This document shows, piece by piece, positions 55,326 to 64,000 of a stretch of 64,000 bases of DNA. Position 1 is the first letter of the stretch; every line of letters starts with the position of its first letter. The DNA is from Octopus bimaculoides (taxonomy: Eukaryota): the NCBI RefSeq assembly GCF_001194135.2, contig NC_068985.1, positions 86,950,156 through 87,014,155 on the forward strand, in the 5' to 3' direction. Made by a program: the position numbers and the translations under genes. The notes under the pieces are model-generated. The model was not told where the DNA came from. It saw nothing but the letters and a program-made list of their open reading frames with translations, and made no database searches.

Positions 55326-56129
55326 ATTACATAGAAAAATACAAGCAAGAGGAATAATATTCTTAAGATTATAAACCTGGAATAGAACAGGAAACTTTAT
55401 TACACTTGAAACAGTTCAGAACAAGTTATTACATCTTGTAAAGTACAGAACAAAAAAATTCTTACTCAAAATATTGCAGCTAAGGATAAAATTTCAAATA
55501 AAATATTTAGATTTTGAAAATATTAGCTTTTATTAAAACTAAAAATTTTATGACTTATTTGCTTTTACTTATTACATGTATTAAACATTTTAAATAACTC
55601 AAAATACTTTTTGCAGTTTTAAAACAAATTTTTGTTTTTAATTATTAATCGATAATTAGAAATATGAAAATAGATTATAAAAAATAATTGTAGTACATAA
55701 ATGAAAAATGAGTTATATATTACAGTAAAATCTATCTATAATAAACAAATTCACAGTATGATTTGTTTGAGTTATTGCCTAAGTTATTGCCATGTCTTCA
55801 CATTTTTAGTCTTGACTCAATGCCTATTTCTTACATCTTGAACTTGCCTACCATATATACCATCCTATTTTGCATAAAACTTTAGCTATATTGGTACTTC
55901 TGGCTCTCATTTTTTAAGTACTCTAACGTGTTAATATTTTAACAAAATGTTGGTACCTTTTTTAATTATCCTTAGCTGTAATATTTTAAGTTAAGATTTT
56001 CTTGTTGTGTACTTTACCAGATGTAATAACTTGTCCTGAACTTTTCCAGGTGTAATAACTTCTCCTGTACAATTCCAGGTTTTTAATCTTAAGAATATTA
56101 CTTCCCTTGCACACATTTTTCCATGTAAT
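55326..56129. mobile_element. ~800-bp MITE with ~165-bp terminal inverted repeats
   Basis: 55326-55489 is the reverse complement of 55966-56129 (ATTACAT[A/G]GAAAAAT...TATTCTTAAGATT..AAACCTGGAAT...CAAGTTATTACATCT...CAGCTAAGGATAA). Confidence 0.82.
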
Positions 56130-57545
56130 CCATGTTTTTTCCAGCTATGCTATTATGCTAATTAATAATGTGTCAAATGTATCAATTAGCGGTGTCACTG
56201 ATAATTTTTTCCTTACCTCAAAGATGCCAGTGACATATATTAAAATCCCCTAACAACTATATTCATAAAAAGGTATAGAACTATATTTTCACTCTCAAAT
56301 TTGAGAAACAAACACTCATAACTTTTTTCTTTCAAAACTTCATTGCATGAGATTGATACCATGAAATTTCTTCAAAATGAGCTCTATTTTTTAAGCTTAA
56401 TTGAAATATAGTTTGTTTTTAAAATAAAAAAAAATTAATTGTACTTAAATCCCATGTTTTGCCTTACTTATATTTTATCCATGATATTTTACCTCACTTT
56501 TTTGATACAAATTTTGTTGCATGGGAACAAAACTATGAAATTCTTCATGCTTTCTTCTATCACTGATGCTAAGATGAATATATTTTGCTTCTAAAACAAA
56601 AAAGTTATTTAGATCTAAACTTGATTGGAGGCGTTACTCTCCTGTAATGTTGCTACAAATTTTGATGTAATCTTTTTTACTGTTGGACTAAATCTCAATA
56701 TTTTTATGCCAAAATGTAGTCCACTTCAAAAATGTTAACAGTTATTAATTTGGTTAAGAACTGAATTAGCAACAAGCTCTGAAAGATGCAGCATGTGAGT
56801 AAATTGTGGCCTTAAGAATATCATTCAACTACGGTAGTAGTTGAATGATATACATGTGGTTGTCGTGAAAATGTATAAATTTGACTTATCTTTGATCAAT
56901 CCATGCAAATATTTGTATGTAGACATGCCAATCTGCTTTGTACGGGTTTGTATAATTATTTGTATGCATATTTCTCATGTATTTTATTGAAGAAGGAAAA
57001 AAAGTTTTTTTTATGGCTTTAATCCAGAAATTGGACACAATTCTCGATTAATGTGAAGTATTTTTTATTATTTTTTCACTTGTCCGACTACAACCTGTCT
57101 TTTGGGAGTTTTTCAGTAGTTTCTTAATGCCTCAGCATTTATTTCAAGCATTTAGGAGATAGGGCATTACGCCCCAGTCCCTTAATATAATCACACGCAC
57201 GCACACACACACACACACACATATACGTATATATACACACACAATTATTAATTTAATATATACATTACCCATAAATTTTTATTTTATGCTGACTACCTGA
57301 TAAAATCATTAACATGATTTTATCCTTCTATTCTATTATGAATAAATATATAAATATATATATGCATATATATATATATATACACACACATATTGATATG
57401 TATATATACATATATACAATTATATTTATGTTTATATATATGTGTATGTGTGAGTGTGTATGTGTATGTGTGAGTGTGTATGTGTATGTTTATGTGTGTG
57501 CATACACACGTGTATATATTCATAGAAAAAGAGAAAGACAAGATG

Positions 57546-57605
<60 letters not shown>

Positions 57606-58534
57606 GTAATAAATGAGTTTTGATTAATTTTCATAATATCTAAATTAAAAATTCTTCAAAATATTACGTAAATTTTTAAAACCTAAATCAGATTCTCCAA
57701 ATAGCATTTTGAAAAGTCTTCATAGATCCGAGCAGATTTTCTTTAATAAATATGCTACAAGTCCTTGTCTGTTCTATTGGAAAGTCCCATCTATTTACCA
57801 TTTACCGTTCCTCATATCTTCCAATATTAAATCTACAAGGCAATAAAGACTATAAGTTGGCAACGAAATATTGGTAAATATTATAAAGTTGTCATTATTT
57901 TGGCACTATTATGAAATTCATTAATTGCTATTCTCAAGTATGTCCAATGAATGGCAAACTTCTGCCAAGAAATAGGAACACATTTAAGTCTTCTACCTTT
58001 TAGTTTTGTTTGTAATTTTTTTGTTAGTATCTTCTTTTATATTTTTCAAAAATTCCATAGATTGGCATAGAATTTAATATCATCTCTGCTTTTTTCATCA
58101 TCTTTTTCACAAATTGGAAGACATTTCCTAAAGAACGTATGACAGCCTCTATATCATTTTATTTATTTATTCACTGAGTGTGGCTTAGACATTAAAAATG
58201 CCATGTGTGAAGATGAGCAAAATATGCCACGATCTTACACCTTTTCTTTTTCTTTCCTTCTTTCCTTCCTTCTTCTCTTTCTCACATGTAAACACATCTC
58301 TTTCTCATTGTATAGAGGCATATGCTAATATATATAATGCTCACATTCTCACACATTCACAAGACGATGCAATATTCTATGTACACCAATTCAATGCCAT
58401 CACTTAAGAAGTATCTTCCTGATTTCTAACAATTTGTATCTGTTCAACTGTCTCTCACTTCCTCTCTCTATGTGTGTGTATCTCTCTCACTCTTTCCTTT
58501 TCTGTTATCAGTCTGTTCATCTATCGACATTTAA

Positions 58535-58563
58535 ATCTATCTATCTATCTATCTGTCTGTCTA

Positions 58564-58641
<78 letters not shown>

Positions 58642-58728
58642 TGTCTGCCTGTCTGTCTATCTGTCTGCCTGTCTGTTTGTCTGTGTGTCTGTCTGTCTGT
58701 GTGTCTGCCTGTCTGTCAGTCTATTTAT

Positions 58729-58760
<32 letters not shown>

Positions 58761-58765
58761 TTATC
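58535..58765. repeat. (CTAT)-(CTGT)-(CCTG) tetranucleotide mosaic
   Basis: Directly visible. Confidence 0.93.
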
Positions 58766-58942
58766 TACATTATCATAATTTAAATATATAATCTTCAACA
58801 TTTCAGCGTTAACTTTTCCCTGATTTTATAAGTCAGTGAGAATTTGTTGAGGCAGATTTTCCACAGATGGATGCCCATCCATATTTGTTTTCTAGTAAGG
58901 TAGTATTTCCCCTTTCCTGGCTATATTTTCACCATGTCACAA

Positions 58943-58991
<49 letters not shown>

Positions 58992-59176
58992 NNNNNNNNN
59001 NNNNNNNNNNNNNNNNNNNNNNNNNNNNNNNNNNNNNNNNNNNATTATATGTATAAAATGGCTTCATTTCTTCCAAGGTGCCATGCAGTGGGACACACAC
59101 ACACACGCGCACAGCCTTATATAATAACATCGAAAAATACGTTAGGAATGAGAACCCAGGTTCGAAATTTCCCAAA

Positions 59177-59222
59177 GACATCTGATGAAGGCCGGAGGGT
59201 ATATCAGCCGAAACATTGTGTT
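59177..59222 (+). ncRNA. Degenerate minimal type I hammerhead (Penelope-type) within a repeat at ~59115-59280
   Basis: GACAU-CUGAUGA-A-GGCCG gaggguauau CAGCC-GAAA-CA-UU-GUGUU. One stem II mismatch, and the stem III palindrome is broken (AACATT where AACGTT would pair). Confidence 0.62.
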
Positions 59223-59339
59223 AACAACAAACAAGATGAGCACAAATATCCATCAAATGTAGATAATGTAAATAATGAGGAGATTTTACTGTATGACTGA
59301 AAGCTTGGGGAATGTAAGTGGTAGGGGGCAGTAGCGATA

Positions 59340-59660
59340 TATCTTCATGTAATACAACACAAACATTTAAATGGATAGGGTTTTTCTAAGGATGTGGGCA
59401 GTACTTGTCAGCACAGCATTTTGGATTTCTCTGAGACATGGTTCTCCTGGGATCTTATCTAGATGTTTCTGACAGCCATTTTTTTTATCATACCTAGGAC
59501 ACCCACAATAACAGGAACAGATCTCGCATTAAGATGCCACATCTTTTGTATTTAAATTTCCAGGTCCTTATATTAACTTGTCAAATTCCTTTGTATGTAT
59601 AAGTTGTTGGAATTTGTCTGTCTGTGTGTTTGTGTGTCCAGTTTTGTTATCAATTCATAA
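59340..59660 (-). pseudogene. Dong/R4 LINE C-terminal fragment
   Basis: YKDLEI*IQKMWHLNARSVPVIVGVLGMIKK..CQKHLDKIPGEPCLREIQNAVLTSTAHILRKTLSI*. Confidence 0.85.
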
Positions 59661-60210
59661 CACATTATGAAGGAGAGTGTTTGTATTTTCAACCAACACA
59701 ATTTCGATATTTTGGATATCTCCAGTTCTCAATAATTGAATTGCTTCTCCATTTCTTTCAGAGATATATAATTCACTTCTTGAATTGCTATGTCAATTAG
59801 GAGAAATCTATTTTTCATATATATATATATATTTTTTTTCTTTGAGATCTTTGATAACGATATCAAGACGATTTCCTTAAATAACCTATTTCTGTGAATT
59901 GCCATATCTGTCTGTTTGTACTCTCTAATCTCTGTGTGTATTCGATAAGGTTGGCATAGTTTACAGCCAAATAACCAATCAACTCTTTACATTTATTTAT
60001 GTAATCATTTTATTATTATTTTTTATTTCAGCAGTCTTATTTTTATTGCGTGCATTTAATGTCCAGCACAAGCAAATGCAGCTGTGTGCCGTGAGTACGT
60101 GCAGTGTTTTGCTTTGGGTTTGTATTTTCTGTTGCATTGATAATACTTTATGTAATATATATGTGCTGCTAGAAAAGTTAATTTCTAATGTGCTGTACAC
60201 ACACACACGC

Positions 60211-60241
<31 letters not shown>

Positions 60242-61449
60242 CTGGAGATTTGATTTTGTATTCGTATGCATTTTTTTATCATCAGAAGATGCCTTTTCTT
60301 ATTGGGATTGACTCTGTTTTCAATCACAATATTCTGGTTTTCTCTGTTTTCTGATCTTTCTATTTTAGATATTGTAAAATACAGAAAAATTAGTCAACAG
60401 GAAAGTTTGTGGAAGAGTTCAATGTTGTCAGAAATGTAAGAACTTGATGCTTTGTGTTGTAACCCACCTCTGGAGAAGACAAGAAAATATGAAATATATA
60501 AAGGTGTTACTGCTTGGGTGGCAACATTTATCATCATCAGCCAGTGTTTTTAGATCTTGGTCTTTTTCCCCATTAACGGGGGTGCCTGGATCTTCCTCAA
60601 TGCCATAGCAACCGAGGTAGACAGGTGCAGTCCACCCCAACCTTTGGGCTGGCAGGTGCCCATTCTCTTTTGCTATCACAAGGCTTTTTTGGAGCTGGAT
60701 TTTCTATGGGGAGCGTGCACTTGCTTAACCCCAACCTCAGTTTCTAGACATGAGTGATCCTGAGATCAAGACTTCTACCACGATTTTTAAGAAATGTAAT
60801 GGGAAACTAGCTCAGGAAGCCAGGGACACTACTCTCTGAGACCCCTTTTGGAATAACATTGTGAATGAGAAATATAATAAAGTAAAAGAGTAATGTGTAA
60901 GAGTTGATGTGTGGAGGGGAGGAGGAGGAAGCCAGTTAAAGACTGTATGAGTAATGGTGTGAGATGTACAGTGAGGGAGGAAGTAAATAGTGAAGAGACA
61001 CGATAGTGTGAAGGGGCAAACTTTGTGACAAGATCCCAGTAATTTAAAATAATTGAATAGTGGTGAAGCCTAAGTCATGCGAGGTTGGATATAAATGTGA
61101 ATGCATGGCAAAAGAAAGTGACACACATGAATTTCTCCATTCCATTCTTTCAACAAAAGATATGAACTAATTTCTACATTTCTTTTGGAAATAAATTGTC
61201 ATTTGTGGGAATTGATACATCGATTAGAAGATATTTCTTTTCCTGATGGGTTTCCAGAATAATATCTGATCGATTTATCATAAGTTTTTAGTCTGCCTAA
61301 ATTGGTGTCACAGAATATGGACACTGTCATTCTTTCAAATATTTTCTGATGGAAGTTTATCCCATCTCATTTCATACATTGGGAAACATATTCTGATGCT
61401 GGTATATATGTCTAGTGTATGAAAGTATCAACTCTTTCATACCCATTTA

Positions 61450-61536
<87 letters not shown>

Positions 61537-61580
61537 NNNNNNNNNNNNNNNNNNNNNNNNNNNNNNNNNNNNNNNNNNNN

Positions 61581-61650
<70 letters not shown>

Positions 61651-63210
61651 TCACACACACACCATGGGTTTCTTGCAGTTTCCACCTCCCAAATTCCCTA
61701 ACATGGCATTGGTCACTCCAGCATTATTCATGGAAGATATTTTCCCAAGTTACCACAGAGTGAGGCCTAACCTGAAGCCATGGGGCTGTGAAGCAAACTT
61801 CTTTACACACCAAACTTGTGCATGTAAAAGAAGAAAGACAACAGTTTACTCTTTTGGTTATTTGCTTTAATTTCTCTTCGTAATTCATTGCATATTTTTG
61901 TGCTTTTACAGCAGACATTTTATAATTTTCAAGTCCTGTACCTTCTTGTATTTAAATGTAATTATAATGTTTACATGACAGATTTTTCTGCTGGGAAATT
62001 TAGGAAGTATTTCTTAAGCTTGCTCTCTTTAAGTCGGCCAGTTTATTAGTAGTTTGATAAAATACTTGGTACCAGTCAAATACTTGATGATATTAATTAA
62101 CCCTCTTCATCTCAATTTGCTGACTCCCTATCTAAATTAGAAATTCTTATTTTACTTTTCTCTCTCTTCATCATCATCATCATCATTGAACATCTGCTTT
62201 CCATGCTGGAATGGGTTGAACAATTTGACAGGAGCTGGCAAGGCCACACCATGTCTGTCATGGCATGATTTCTACAACAGGATATCCTTCCTATTGAGAG
62301 CCCCTTTATAAAGTGCACTGGATGCTTTTTACATGGCACCAGCAACAACAGAATCACTGAGTGTCAGTTCTTACTAAAAGATTTAGCAAACAGTTAAGAA
62401 TTTTCAACTCTACCAAACTTTTTGCTCAAGTGTAGTATTGATGTTACTCCAAATTTCGAAAATTATATTCATTATCTTAAAGTATTTATATAAATGCATC
62501 TCTAATATTTCTTCCTCAACTTATCTTTCATTTGTATCATTAATTTATTAGTATTTCTAAGTCTGTGTTTGGTATATAATTCCCTTATCTATGTTCCTTT
62601 ACCTAGAATAATATCGTTCTTGCTTGTTTTTAATTATTTTCTCCTCCTCAAAGAAATCTTATCACGTTTTTTCTTAACTAAATTTCAAATCATATTCTTC
62701 ACAACTAAGTCCATGTTCCATCTGCAGAGCCCAGCTTGGGACTTCCATGATAGGTTCAGGGTGACAAGAGTCGATGCTTTGGGAGTGAATTTGGTAGTTG
62801 ATGGAAGGTGTGTGTGTGTGTGTGTGTGTGTGCGTGTGTGTGTGTATGTGTGTGTGTGTCTGTCTGTATGTGAATATATATATGTGTGAGCATGTGTGTG
62901 TGAGTGTGTGCGTGCATGTGTACTTGCAAGTGCATATGTGTGTGTATGAGTATGAATGTGCTCATAATAACCAGTGTTGGTTTGTTTATGTCTCATTTGT
63001 CCAAAAGATGCTGATGAAATAGGTACCAGACTTGATATAGCACTAGGGTAGATTTTATTGACTAAGCCCTTTAAAACAGTGCTCTAGTATGGTCATAAGC
63101 TGAAACCATTCAAAGAACACAAAAATATAAAGATCTAAAATCTTCTCGCACAGATATAAATTATTCCAATGTCAAGAATCTGATAACAACTTCTGGAAGT
63201 TACTATTCTT

Positions 63211-63684
63211 ATGATGTTTATTATTTTTATTATTATTATTCAACATTTGGTAGTTTCAAACAAAATTCTTCTGTGTCACCTACTACACCGCCATGTTGCA
63301 AAGATGTGTGCGGCATCATGTGTTCTTTTCTGTTGGTGGAGGTGGGGAGTGCAATCTCTTCTTCGTGTTGTATTACATCAGATTCTCTCAATATGGGGGT
63401 CTGGTGTAGCCTTTCAGTGTATTAGTGTTTGTACTGTGTGTTGTATGTGTAATACGAATGGTGCTTTTCTGTTGGGTAATTTGCTTGCTGGTGGTTGTTT
63501 ATTTTATTGGATATTTACTATATAGAATGTGTCTTGTATTTGTGGATTATTTTATTTAGGTTGTATTTTTGAATTGATAGTCTCGCATAGGATGCGGGCT
63601 GTCCCTAGCAGGGCTACTTTTTGGGATAGTGTGTAGTGTTGAGTGTCCAAGTATAGCTTTTACGTTTTCCTTCATATGTTTTAC

Positions 63685-63747
<63 letters not shown>

Positions 63748-63748
63748 C
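63211..63748 (-). pseudogene. 5'-truncated Dong/R4 LINE end flanked by (TAA)n on both sides
   Basis: Minus strand reads SQKVALLGTARILCETI, followed by a 3' UTR. (TTA)n on the + strand at 63211-63240 and 63683-63748. Confidence 0.8.
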
Positions 63749-64000
63749 AGCCCAAGAATTACAGCGTGATGTGCTGCTTGACTGGTCCCCCCTCTCCCTC
63801 TCTCTCTCTCTCTCTCTCTTTATATATATATATGATGATGATCTTTTCTCCCGCCATGCCTCTGTCTACCCCTCCATCCTCTCTCTCCCCCTTCGTAGTT
63901 TTTCCTTTAAGGTCTTCAGGTTCTGGCTATATATAAATGAGAAACCCATTCTAAATTATCTAGCTGACGTACTACGACGAAATACCCAAGATGCAGATAA

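Noticed and set aside
56742-60090. Further donor sites at 56795 and 60091 as exons continuing the 53756 chain
   Set aside because: Acceptors are weak or ambiguous and several frames are open; selecting one would be over-fitting.
60820-61040. Minus-strand SHYRVSSL, similar to the CR1/Jockey SHRRxVSSL motif
   Set aside because: A single short motif is insufficient for a feature call.

Overview
AT-rich eukaryotic genomic DNA from a draft assembly with 11 N-gaps. The repeat families match my recollection of octopus/coleoid cephalopod repeats; this taxon call is an inference. No long ORF encodes a recognisable intact protein. Almost all ORFs in the supplied track are artefacts of microsatellites or N-gaps. 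The window contains: (i) at least three tRNA-derived SINE families and an RTE-type 3'-tail repeat; (ii) six decayed Dong/R4 LINE fragments plus a probable Dong 3' UTR, several abutting (TAA)n tracts; (iii) RTE and CR1-like LINE scraps, a Penelope GIY-YIG fragment, a mariner 5' end, a piggyBac relic and several MITEs; (iv) dense di-, tri- and tetranucleotide microsatellites. The best-supported unusual element is a ~600-bp non-coding insertion at 8732-9357. It carries a fully paired type I hammerhead ribozyme (9015-9089, minus strand), 105-bp terminal direct repeats, a 55-bp inverted end and a 15-bp TSD-like repeat, i.e. a retrozyme/Penelope-derived element. A second, degenerate hammerhead lies at 59177-59222. 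Six small + strand segments with canonical splice signals join in frame into two peptides, so the window may be intronic to a large, micro-exon-containing gene; this is unverified. Boundaries of decayed repeats are approximate.
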